From: Dehalococcoidia bacterium
GTDB lineage: Bacteria > Chloroflexota > Dehalococcoidia > DSTF01 > JALHUB01
Assembly: GCA_034430455.1 (NCBI GenBank)
Contig: DAOUEO010000050.1
Span: 1-33,881, forward strand
Length of the DNA stretch: 33,881 nt
Direction: 5' to 3'
The translations under genes and the position numbers were made by a program. Positions 9,471-18,584 of the stretch are shown one piece after another. Position 1 is the first letter of the stretch. The number at the start of each line of letters is the position of its first letter. The notes beneath the pieces are model-generated. The model was not told the DNA's origin. It did not search any database and was given only the letters and a program-made list of their open reading frames with translations.

Positions 9471-10754
9471 CTATCTCCACCGACACCGCTTGTCGCGGAT
9501 GTGGGTCTCGAAATCGTCCCGGAAGTACTTGAGGCCGCTCTGAAGCGGCTCCGCGGCGCCGGGCGCCAGCGCGCAGAAGGTGTTGCCGGGCCCGCAGAGC
9601 CTGACGATCATCTCCAGGATATCGAGGTCTTCCGGCCTTCCCTCCCCCTCCTCGATACGGCCGAGGATCTCCTCGGCCCAGTGCAGCCCCGACCAGCAGG
9701 GGGTGCACCAACCGCACGACTCCTGGGCGAAGAAGTGCACGAGGTTGTGCAGCATCGCCACGGGGCAGGTCTTGTCGTCGAGGATGATCATCGTGCCGGT
9801 GCCCATGCGGCTGCCGCACGTCTGCGGCGCCTGGAAGTCCATCTTTGTATCCAGGTGCTCCTCGATGAGGAAGTCCGTGGAGGCGCCGCCCGGCAGGAGG
9901 CCACGGAACTTGTAGCCGTCCGCCATACCGCCGGCGTGCTCCTCGAGGAGCTCCCGCGCCGTCGTGCCCAGGGGCAGCTCCCAGAGGCCCGGCTTCTTGA
10001 CGCGGCCGCTGGCGCCGTAGATCTTCGTTCCGCCGTCCCCCTCGGTGAGGCTGAGGGACTGGAACCACTCGGCGCCGTTGCGCACGATGTGGGGCACGCA
10101 GCACAGGGTCTCGACGTTGTTCACGGTCGTCGACCGGCCCCACAGGCCGACGGCGGCAGGGAACGGAGGCTTGGCACGGGGGTTGGCCCGTCTCCCTTCG
10201 AGGGAGTTCAGCAGCGCCGTCTCCTCGCCGCAGACGTAGCGCCCGGCGCTGGTATGCAGGTGCAGGTCGAGGCTGTAACCGGACCCCAGGATGTCCTTGC
10301 CGAGATAGCCCTTGTCGTAGGCTTCGGCGATCGCCTTTCTCAGCGCCGCCGCCGCAAGCTTGTATTCCCAGCGAAGAAAGATGTAGGCGACGTCGGCCCC
10401 GATGGCATAGGAGGCGACGGCCATGCCCTCGACCAACTGGTGCGGGTCGCTCTCCATGAGGAGCCGGTCCTTGAACGTGCCGGGCTCCATCTCGTCGGCG
10501 TTGGCGGCCAGGTACTTGGGGTGGGGCGCGTCTTCGCCGATGGGGACGAAGCTCCACTTCAGGCCGGCCGAGAAGCCGGCGCCGCCCCGCCCTTTCAAAT
10601 TCGATGCCTTGACCAGCGCCGTCACCTGGGCGGGCGCCATCTCCCGCAGCGCTTTCCGGAGCGCGTCATAGCCGCCCGTCGCCTCGTACTCCTGGAGGCT
10701 GCGGGGACCTTCGCCGGGCCGGATGTGCTGGGTGAGAGGTCTCTCTGGTGGCAT
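9471..10754 (-). CDS. nuoF: NADH-quinone oxidoreductase subunit F (FMN/NADH-binding, 51-kDa type)
   Basis: GRGGAGFSAGLKW (FMN/NADH site) and ESCGWCTPCWSG...LCALAPGA (N3 cluster ligands). 427 aa. Confidence 0.96.
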   Translation of the reverse strand: MPPERPLTQHIRPGEGPRSLQEYEATGGYDALRKALREMAPAQVTALVKASNLKGRGGAGFSAGLKWSFVPIGEDAPHPKYLAANADEMEPGTFKDRLLMESDPHQLVEGMAVASYAIGADVAYIFLRWEYKLAAAALRKAIAEAYDKGYLGKDILGSGYSLDLHLHTSAGRYVCGEETALLNSLEGRRANPRAKPPFPAAVGLWGRSTTVNNVETLCCVPHIVRNGAEWFQSLSLTEGDGGTKIYGASGRVKKPGLWELPLGTTARELLEEHAGGMADGYKFRGLLPGGASTDFLIEEHLDTKMDFQAPQTCGSRMGTGTMIILDDKTCPVAMLHNLVHFFAQESCGWCTPCWSGLHWAEEILGRIEEGEGRPEDLDILEMIVRLCGPGNTFCALAPGAAEPLQSGLKYFRDDFETHIRDKRCRWR

Positions 10755-10763
10755 CCCGCTCCC

Positions 10764-11228
10764 CTACTCGTATCCCGCGAGGATCTGATCGATCCTCTCC
10801 GGAGTCAGATCAAGGTGGAGGTCGTCGTCGATCATCATGACGGGGGCGTGGTCGCAGGCGCCCAGGCAGACGGAGGGCAGGAGGGTGAAACGGCCGTCGG
10901 GGGTCGTCCCGCCCAGGTCGATGCCCAGGCGCGACTTCAGGTGGTCGCGCAGGTTGTCGTAGCCCATGATCCAGCAGCTCACGCTGTCGCAGATAAGGAT
11001 GACGTGCCTCCCTACCGGTTTGCGGAAGATCAGGTTGTAGAAGGTGGCGACGCCGTCCAGCTCGTCGGGCGTCATCTCCAGCAGCTCCGCCACCTCGTCG
11101 AGCGCCTCGTCGGAGACCCAGCCGCGGTGTTGCTGGACGACCTTGAGCGCCTCGATGCAGGCGGCCCGCTTCTGGGGGTAGATCGCCACTTCAGCCTCGA
11201 TCTCGTGTCGTTCTTCGTCGCTCAGCAC
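10764..11228 (-). CDS. nuoE: NADH-quinone oxidoreductase subunit E (24-kDa type, [2Fe-2S])
   Basis: CDSVSC ... CLGACDHAP thioredoxin-like 2Fe-2S motif. 154 aa. Operon position fits. Confidence 0.95.
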   Translation of the reverse strand: MLSDEERHEIEAEVAIYPQKRAACIEALKVVQQHRGWVSDEALDEVAELLEMTPDELDGVATFYNLIFRKPVGRHVILICDSVSCWIMGYDNLRDHLKSRLGIDLGGTTPDGRFTLLPSVCLGACDHAPVMMIDDDLHLDLTPERIDQILAGYE

Positions 11229-11244
11229 CAGTCGTCCCTTATCC

Positions 11245-13035
11245 TCAGCGGTCCACGTCCGACAGCACGTAGTCGATGCTGCCCAGGATCGCCATTATGT
11301 CGGACACAAGAAAGCCGCGGCTCATCAGCGGCAGCATCTGCAGGTGGGGGAAGGTCGGCGTGCGGATGCGCACGCGGTAGGGCATGGTGTTCCCGTCGCT
11401 TATCAGGTAGTAGGTATTGTTCCCCTTCGTGGCTTCGATGCCGACCGCCGCCTCGCCGGGCGGGATGACCGGCCCCCAGCTCACGTTCAGGAAGTGGGTG
11501 ATCAGCGTCTCGATGTCGTGCATCGTGCGTTCCTTGAGCGGCGGCGTCGCCAGGGGCTGCTGCGCTTTGTAGGGGCCCGCCGGCATGTTCTTGACGCACT
11601 GCTCGATGATCCGCAGGCTCTGCCGTATCTCCTCGACGCGGACAGCCGCCCGGTCGTAGCAGTCGCCGTGCTCGGCCGTGGGGACGTCGAAGTCAAACTG
11701 CTCGTAGCCCGAGTAGGGCCGCGCCTTCCGGAAGTCCCACTCGAAGCCGCAGGCGCGCAGGCCGGGCCCGGTGACCCCCCAGTCGATCGCCTCGTCCAGC
11801 GTGTAGGCGCCGATACCCTGCGTCCGCGCCTTGAAGATGCGGTTCGCCATGACCAGCTTGTCATACTCCACCAGGCGGGCGGGCATGTAGGCCAGGAAGT
11901 CGGAGAACATGCCGTCCCAGCCCTGCGGCAGGTCCTGGGCGACGCCGCCGATGCGGAACCAGGCGGGGTGCATGCGGCCGCCGCAGATCGCTTCGATGAT
12001 GGCGAGGGCGCGCTCGCGGTCGCTGAACATGTAGAAGACGGGCGAGAGGGCGCCAACGTCGCCGGCGAAGGTGCCGTACCACACGAGGTGGCTGATGACC
12101 CGAAAGAGCTCCACCAGCATGACGCGGATGACCTTCGCCCTGTCCGGCACTTCGATGCCCGCCAGCTTCTCGACCGCCAGCACGTAGGGCAGGTTGTTCA
12201 TCACGCCGCCGAGGTAGTCGACGCGGTCGGTGTAGGGTATGTAGCTGTGCCACGACTGGCGCTCGCCCATCTTCTCGGCGCCGCGATGGTGGTAGCCGAT
12301 GTCGGGCACGGCGTCCAGGATCTGCTCGCCGTCCAGTTGGAGGACGACGCGGAGCACGCCGTGCGTGCCCGGGTGCTGCGGCCCGAGGTTGAGGAACATG
12401 AAGTCGACGTCTTCGCTCTGGCGCTTCATCCCCCAGTCCTCGGGGCGGAACTGCAGCGCCGCCTGCTCGGCGTCCTGTTTCTCATCGGGCAGTTGGAACG
12501 GCCCCATCTCCGTCGCGCGCGCCGGGTGGTCCTTGCGGAGGGGATGCCCGATCCAGGTGGGGGGCATCAGTATCCGTACCAGGTGGGGATGGCCGTCGAA
12601 GACGATGCCGAACATGTCCCAGACTTCGCGCTCGTACCAGTTCGCGTTCGGCCAGATGTCGACGGCGCTCGGGAGCGAGGGCTGTTCGCCCGTGAGCGCC
12701 ACTTTGATCCGGGCGTCCTCATTGCGGTCGTACGAGAGGAGGTGGTAGACAACGGTGTAGTCGCCTGCCGGCTGGCCGTTCCGGTGGACGCGGAGGCGCT
12801 CGTCGATCGCCGTCAGGTCGTAGAGGGCGCGGTAGGGCCGTTCGGCGTCCGACTTGAGGTAGCGCAGGACGGCGCGCAGGTCGTCCTTGGGCACCCACAC
12901 TGTGGGGATGCCGTCGCGGGTGGGCTGAAACGAGAGGGCCGCCTGCGGGAACCGCTCCTTCAGTTCCCGGAGGATGGCGGGGTCATCGTTCATCCCTGTT
13001 TGCGGGTTTTGAGCCATAGCAGCCAGTTGAGTCAC
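11245..13035 (-). CDS. nuoCD: Fused NADH-quinone oxidoreductase subunit C/D
   Basis: A single 596-aa ORF. The N-terminal half is NuoC-like (YERE.WDMFGI.F.GHP) and the C-terminal half is NuoD-like ([14 protein letters not shown]...[11 protein letters not shown]...[18 protein letters not shown]). The exact start is uncertain (GTG 13035, or ATG 18 or 42 nt downstream). Confidence 0.93.
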   Translation of the reverse strand: MTQLAAMAQNPQTGMNDDPAILRELKERFPQAALSFQPTRDGIPTVWVPKDDLRAVLRYLKSDAERPYRALYDLTAIDERLRVHRNGQPAGDYTVVYHLLSYDRNEDARIKVALTGEQPSLPSAVDIWPNANWYEREVWDMFGIVFDGHPHLVRILMPPTWIGHPLRKDHPARATEMGPFQLPDEKQDAEQAALQFRPEDWGMKRQSEDVDFMFLNLGPQHPGTHGVLRVVLQLDGEQILDAVPDIGYHHRGAEKMGERQSWHSYIPYTDRVDYLGGVMNNLPYVLAVEKLAGIEVPDRAKVIRVMLVELFRVISHLVWYGTFAGDVGALSPVFYMFSDRERALAIIEAICGGRMHPAWFRIGGVAQDLPQGWDGMFSDFLAYMPARLVEYDKLVMANRIFKARTQGIGAYTLDEAIDWGVTGPGLRACGFEWDFRKARPYSGYEQFDFDVPTAEHGDCYDRAAVRVEEIRQSLRIIEQCVKNMPAGPYKAQQPLATPPLKERTMHDIETLITHFLNVSWGPVIPPGEAAVGIEATKGNNTYYLISDGNTMPYRVRIRTPTFPHLQMLPLMSRGFLVSDIMAILGSIDYVLSDVDR

Positions 13036-13037
13036 AA

Positions 13038-13682
13038 CTAGATTTCGTCCGGGGGACGAAGGGAAACCAGCTTCTGTCTTTCCGGTCGTTTCAGGTCACG
13101 CAGCGAGGGCACCGGCGGCCGCGAGACGCGCTGCTCGCCCACTACCCAGGAGAGCGGCCGTTTCTCGTTGCCCACCACATTCCGGAGCAGCAGCAGCCCC
13201 TCCAGGAAGGCCTCGGGGCGGGGCGGACAACCAGGCACGTAGACGTCCACGGGGAGGAACTTGTCGACCCCCTGGACGACGCTGTAGATGTCGTACATGC
13301 CGCCGGAGTTGGCGCATGATCCCATCGATATGACCCATCGCGGCTCCATCATCTGCTCATAGAGGCGCTTGATAACCGGCGCCATCTTCATGAACACGGT
13401 GCCGGCGATGACCATCACGTCGGCCTCGCGCGGGGTGCCCCGGATGACTTCGGCGCCGAAGCGGGAGATATCGTACTTGCTGGTGATGCTGGTGGCCATC
13501 TCGACGTAGCAGCAGGAAAGGCCGAAGTTGAACGGCCAGAGGGAGTTCTTGCGTCCCCAGGCGACGAGGTCCTGCAGCCGGGAGAGGAGAAGGATGCGCC
13601 CCAGCGCCGTCTCCGTCGCCTCCTGCTGCCGGTCGGGCGACACGGGCACGATATCCGGTGAGTCTAGTTCGCTATCTCTCAT
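13038..13682 (-). CDS. nuoB: NADH-quinone oxidoreductase subunit B (N2 [4Fe-4S])
   Basis: [24 protein letters not shown] and [10 protein letters not shown] motifs. A C-terminal tail of about 40 aa follows the conserved core. Confidence 0.95.
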   Translation of the reverse strand: MRDSELDSPDIVPVSPDRQQEATETALGRILLLSRLQDLVAWGRKNSLWPFNFGLSCCYVEMATSITSKYDISRFGAEVIRGTPREADVMVIAGTVFMKMAPVIKRLYEQMMEPRWVISMGSCANSGGMYDIYSVVQGVDKFLPVDVYVPGCPPRPEAFLEGLLLLRNVVGNEKRPLSWVVGEQRVSRPPVPSLRDLKRPERQKLVSLRPPDEI

Positions 13683-14070
13683 CGATCCTGTCGATCCTGT
13701 CTCCCCGCTTGACCGGCCCCCAGTCCAGGGCGCCCAGGCGAAGCAGGTACACCAGGGCAGCCAGCAGGATGCCGATGAAGACGAGTATGTCGACGTAGCC
13801 GGTCCAGCCGGCCTCGTGGAGGGCGACTGCCCAGACGAAGATGAAGACCGCTTCCAGGTCGAAGATGACGAAGATCATGGCTATGAGGTAGAACTTGACG
13901 TCGAAGCGGATCCGCGCCGTGCCCGTCGCCAGGATGCCCGACTCATAGGGCTCGCCGGTGGCCCGTTCGGAGTGTAGCTCCCCGATGAAGAAGGAGATGA
14001 CCAGCATCCCCACCACTACCGCGATCGACACTCCCAGGTAGACGAGGAAGGGCCAGAGATCACTATCCAC
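13672..14070 (-). CDS. nuoA: NADH-quinone oxidoreductase subunit A
   Basis: Membrane protein with 3 predicted TM helices and ND3/NuoA motifs ([25 protein letters not shown]). I prefer GTG 14070 (GGAG 8 nt upstream) to the track start 14103, which has no RBS. The start is uncertain by 33 nt. Confidence 0.85.
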   Translation of the reverse strand: MDSDLWPFLVYLGVSIAVVVGMLVISFFIGELHSERATGEPYESGILATGTARIRFDVKFYLIAMIFVIFDLEAVFIFVWAVALHEAGWTGYVDILVFIGILLAALVYLLRLGALDWGPVKRGDRIDRIDER

Positions 14071-14227
14071 CGTTTGTACTCCGATTCCGCGGGCGGCTCT
14101 CACAAGGAAGGAGAGCAGAGCCTCCCGTCAGCGTGGGGAACCTGCGGACGCCCCCCGGGCGCTGAGACCCGGTGCATTCCCGCCAAGGAGATGATCAGGT
14201 TGTCCGACTCTCTCCTGGGGTTTGTAC

Positions 14228-14280
14228 ATTGTATCACAATGCCTTGGCCTCTTATACCATGAACCTCATTTATTGCGCAA
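14228..14280 (-). promoter_or_regulatory. Candidate nuo promoter in a local AT-rich island
   Basis: The minus strand reads TTGCGC (14280..14275), 18 nt, TATAAG (14256..14251), then an extended -10-like TGATACAAT (14236..14228). This is the only AT-rich patch between the DUF1003 gene and nuoA. Hexamer matching only. Confidence 0.3.
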
Positions 14281-14342
14281 TACGGACAGGGGAACAGCAG
14301 GGCCGTCTTGCCAGCGTTCTTCCTGCACGGTCCGCCCTCGCC

Positions 14343-14897
14343 TCATGCCGGCTTTCCGCCCTGCAGCAGAGCGAGCTGAGTCTCCAGGAGGGCAATCTGT
14401 TGCTTCTGGATCGCCAGCAGCTCCTCCCACTGTCCCTCCCGCAGCCCGTCGAGCTTCTTGTTTAGCTCTTGTATCTCCATCTCCGCCTTCAGGTTGACCT
14501 CGTAGTCGTTCTCGGCGCGGACGCGGTCGCGGTCTTCCTGCCGGTTCTGGCTCATCATGATTACGGGGGCCTGGATGGCGGCCAGCATGGAGAGTATAAG
14601 GTTCAGGAGGATGTAGGGGTACTTGTCCCAGTGGTGAACCAGAACAACGGTGTTCACCAGCACCCAAACGCCCAAGACAACACCGAAGGCGAAGATGAAT
14701 CTCCAACTCCCCGCGACGTCGGCAAGCTTGTCGGAGACCCGCTGGCCGAACGTCAACTGCTCGAGGTGGACGACATGGGTGTTCTTGCTTACCCGCTCGC
14801 CGCGACGGATCTTACCCTGGATCTCCTTCTCGATACGGACGGCCCTCTTCCGCCAGGACAGCACTTCCGGCGGCCCGCTACTCTCAGCCTCGGTCAT
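14343..14897 (-). CDS. DUF1003 family membrane protein
   Basis: Core block YPYILLNLILSMLAAIQAPVIMMSQNRQEDRDRVRAENDYEVNLKAEMEI matches my recollection of the DUF1003 signature. ATG 14897 has a strong RBS (AGGAGGTGGAGCC-ATG); the track start 14933 has none. Confidence 0.8.
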   Translation of the reverse strand: MTEAESSGPPEVLSWRKRAVRIEKEIQGKIRRGERVSKNTHVVHLEQLTFGQRVSDKLADVAGSWRFIFAFGVVLGVWVLVNTVVLVHHWDKYPYILLNLILSMLAAIQAPVIMMSQNRQEDRDRVRAENDYEVNLKAEMEIQELNKKLDGLREGQWEELLAIQKQQIALLETQLALLQGGKPA

Positions 14898-15276
14898 GGC
14901 TCCACCTCCTGCAAGGGTGTTTTCTCTGCCCAAGAGGGACGAAAGATGCGCTCACTCTCGACGACCAGGAGGAAAGGTAGCACCGCTCAGGAGCGCCGTC
15001 AACGAACGGCGGGCGGGCGGGACGGCCGGCCTGTGAGGTTGAGCCGGAGAGAGACGCAGGCTCGCGGCTCGGGTTTGGGGAATGGTCGGGGCAGCGGTTG
15101 CCGTCTGCCGCCCGCGCCATTGCTTGCACATAAGCCTGTATATCATGTAGCATCCCCCGTAGACCTCGGGTCGAACAGCCGCAACCGCTGCCTGGGCCGT
15201 AGATTTGTTGTCTTTTTCTCAAGAAAGCATCCTCGACTCCCTTGACGTGTTCGAGGTCTAGGTGGTAGGATGCGGA

Positions 15277-15315
15277 TTGTGAAAGTTGCGACAAATCTTG
15301 TGAAAGACAGCACAA
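15277..15315. promoter_or_regulatory. Two tandem CRP/FNR-like palindromic sites upstream of the periplasmic FDH operon
   Basis: TTGTGAAAGTTGCGACAA (15277-15294) and TTGTGAAAGACAGCACAA (15298-15315). They are 21 bp apart start to start. The second has perfect 5-bp arms TTGTG-N8-CACAA. They lie 74-112 bp before the fdnG ATG. A TTGACG-N18-TAGGAT hexamer pair lies just upstream (15242-15271). Confidence 0.3.
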
Positions 15316-15388
15316 AACTAGTGAACGGCGGCACAATACCTACGGGGACACGAGTTCTGTTCAGGCTTTGGCGCGGGAGGTAGACCTT

Positions 15389-18300
15389 ATGACAAGACTA
15401 AGCCGAAGGCATTTCCTCAAGCTCTCCACCGCAGGCGGCGGTGGCATTCTCCTGGCAGGTGGCCTGGGGTTTGCGGAAGGAGCCGACTACCCCCTTCACA
15501 AGATGGTGGGAGAGGGGCAGACAATCTGTCCTTACTGTTCCTGTGGCTGTGGCCTCATCATCGCCACCGACGAGGAGGGGCACGTCACCAACTCTGAAGG
15601 AGACCCGGACCACATCGTCAACCGCGGCGCCCTCGACCCCAAGTCGATCGCCGTGCGCCAGCTCTCCACCAGCCCGCTGCGCCTCAAGAAAGTGCAGTAC
15701 CGGGCTCCCGGCAGCGCGGAGTGGGAGGAGAAGGACTGGGATTGGGCCATCGGCGAGATCGCCAAGCGGATACAGAAGACGCGCGACGAGAGCTGGGTAT
15801 CCAGCGTGAACGTCGACGGCAAGGATGTAACCGTCAACCGCACCGAGGGTCTAGCCTGCCTAGGCGGCGCCGCCAACAACAGCGAGGACTGTTACCTCTT
15901 CGTCAAGCTGGCACGGGCCCTGGGGATGGTTTACGTAGAACACCAGGCCCGCATATGACACTCGGCCACGGTGGCCGGTCTGGCCGCCTCATTCGGTCGC
16001 GGTGCCATGACCAATGACTGGGTCGACGTCAAGAACTCCGACGCCGTCTTGGTCATGGGTGCTAACCCAGCAGAGAATCACCCCGCCTCCATGGGCTGGG
16101 TCAACACGGCGCGGGACAAGAACGGCGCCAAGCTGATCGTCGTTGACCCCCGCTTCACCCGCACGGCAGCCACAGCCGATCTCTACGCCTCCCTGCGTTC
16201 GGGAACAGACATCGCCTTCTGGGGCGGGCTCATCAACTACACCATTGAGAACAAGCTGTACAACGAGGAGTACGTGAGGTACTTCACCAACGCCCTGACC
16301 CTGATCAACGAGGACTTCAAGGGGCCCGCCGACTTGGACGGGCTCTTCTCCGGCTACGACGCGGAGAACAGGAAGTACGACACCAAGACCTGGGCCTACC
16401 AGAAAGAGACAACGGTGGTTACGGTCACGGAGAAGGACCCGGAGACGGGCGTGGAACGGGAGGTACAGAAGGAGGTCTCCGTCCCCAAGCAGGCGGAGAG
16501 CCTGGACGACCCGAACTGCGTCTTCGCTCACCTGAAGAAGCACTACTCCCGCTACACGCCGGAGATGGTGGAGAAGATATGCGGGACGCCCCAGGCGGAC
16601 TTCCTGAACGTGGCGCAGACGTACTGCGGCACCTGCTCCGCTGTGGACAAGACGGGCACCATCTTCTACGCCATGGGGCAGACACAGCACACGGTCGGCA
16701 CCCAGAACGTGCGCTCGATGGCGATGGTCCAGCTTCTGCTGGGGAACATCGGGATGCCGGGCGGCGGAGTCAACGCCCTGCGCGGCGAGTCCAACGTCCA
16801 GGGCTCGACCGACATGGCGCTCCTGTTCCAAGACCTGCCCGGCTACCTGGGCTGCCCTACCGACAAGCACACCGACTTCAAGGCCTACAGCGCCAAGTTC
16901 GCTACCACCAGCTACTGGGCCAACGGGCCGAAGTTCTTTAGGTCGCTGATGGGCGCGTGGTACGGCGACGCCGCCAACGCTGACAACGAGTACGCCTACC
17001 ACTACGTACCCAAGACCAGCAGCGACTACTCTCACATCAGCCTCTTCGAGGCTATGTACGCGGGCAACATCAAGGGGATGGTCTGCATGGGCCAGAACCC
17101 GGCCGTTGCCGGCCCTAATGCCCGCTTCGAGCGTAAGGCGCTGGGGAACCTCGACTGGCTGGTGGTGATGGATCTGTTCGAGACGGAGACGGCCACCTTC
17201 TGGAAGGGTCCTGAGGCGAGCCCCAGTGATATCCAGACGGAGGTGTTCCTGCTGCCGGCAGTGGACGCGATCGAGAAGGCGGGCAGCATCGTCACCAGCG
17301 GTCGTCGCATGCAGTGGCGACCCAAAGTAGCGGAGTCGCCCGGCGATGCCAAGGAGGACATCTGGATCCTTACTCTACTCGCCAATGCCCTCAAGAAGGT
17401 CTACGCGGCGTCCTCAGACTCCAAGGATTCTCCCATCGTGGACCTCGTCTGGGACTACGGCGACCCGCCGGACGTGGAGCTGGTGGCCCGCGAGATCAGC
17501 GGCTACGCCCTGGCCGACGTTAAGGATTCATCCGGCAAGGTGCTGGTGGAGAAGGACGGCATTTTCGACAGCTTCGGCAAGATCGCCAGCGCTGCCAATC
17601 CGGAGACCATCGCCTGCGGCAACTGGCTGTACTGCGGCTACTTCTATCCCAGGGACGACGGCACTGGCCAAGAGCTGCCGTCGGTGAAGCGACGCGGTCA
17701 AAACGACCCCGGCGATATGGGTTTCTACCCCTACTGGGGCTGGACCTGGCCCGCCAACCGGCGCATCATCTACAACCGCGCCTCGGCGCGGCCGGACGGC
17801 ACGCCGTGGGCGGAGAACAAGAAGGTCATCTGGTGGGACGCCACTGCCGATTCGGGAAGCAAGGACGCCCAGGGGGACCCGATCCTCGGTAAGTGGGTGG
17901 GCTACGACGTGCCCGACTTCTCCGCCACCAAGGCGCCGACGGCAAAGGCCGACCCTGCTAAGACCAGCCTGGGCGCCCAATCGGGCACCGACCCGTTCAT
18001 CATGCTGTCGGACGGCAAGGGCTGGCTGTTCGGCGCCAGGAACGAGGGGCCCTTCCCCGAGCACTACGAGCCCCTGGAGTCGCCTGTCCAGAACCAGATG
18101 TCCAGCGTCCAGAACAACCCAGTGATCAAGCTCTGGAACACGGACGCCGACCAGGACGTCGGCGACGCCGTGGGTACGGCAGACAAGTTCCCCATCATCT
18201 GCACGACATACCGTGTCTGCGAGATGTGGCAGGCGGGGGCCATGTCCCGAACCCTCCCCTGGCTGGCCGAGGTCCAACCCAATATGTTTGCCGAGATCAG

Positions 18301-18580
18301 CAAGGAGCTGGCCGAGGAGAAGGGGATCAAGAACGGCGACCAGGTGATCGTGTCATCGGCGCGGGGCCAGATCCAGATGGTGGTCCTGGTGACCCCCCGC
18401 TGGAAGCCCATGAGGGTAAACGGTGGGACGACGGTACACGAGATCGGGATGGTGTGGCATTACGGCTGGCAGGGGCTGGCCACCGGCCCTTCCGCCAATG
18501 AGTTGACGCCACACGTGGGAGACGGCAATACTATGATCCCGGAGTACAAGGCGTTCCTGGTAGATATTAGAAAGGCGTAG
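15389..18580 (+). CDS. fdnG: Formate dehydrogenase-N-type catalytic (alpha) subunit, Tat-exported, selenocysteine-containing (TGA 15956-15958 read as Sec)
   Basis: Track ORFs 15368..15958 and 15971..18580 are in the same frame and separated only by TGA plus 4 codons. The joined context [34 protein letters not shown] is collinear with E. coli FdnG ([26 protein letters not shown]). Twin-arginine signal MTRLSRRHFLK. RBS GGGAGG lies 8 nt before ATG 15389. N-terminal CPYCSCGCG cluster motif. Confidence 0.92.
15970..15988 (+). other. SECIS-like hairpin for the fdnG UGA
   Basis: GGUGGCC-GGUCU-GGCCGCC: a 7-bp stem including one U-G wobble. The apical loop GGUCU falls at nt +22..+26 counted from the U of UGA, the register I recall for E. 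coli fdhF. Confidence 0.65.
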
Positions 18581-18584
18581 GAAC

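Noticed and set aside
9469-10557. A 363-codon N-terminal extension of the nuoG ORF in the track (6721..10557, 1278 aa).
   Set aside because: The extension overlaps nuoF in another frame and translates to Arg/Pro/Gly-rich junk. The canonical NuoG N-terminus (AKIYIDG...) begins at GTG 9468, right after the nuoF stop.
14884-15336. 150-aa minus-strand ORF (and 15143..15334 -) occupying the DUF1003/FDH divergent intergenic region.
   Set aside because: No RBS and no recognisable motifs. It overlaps the better-supported DUF1003 start and spans the AT-rich promoter-like sequence. It is more likely non-coding control DNA.
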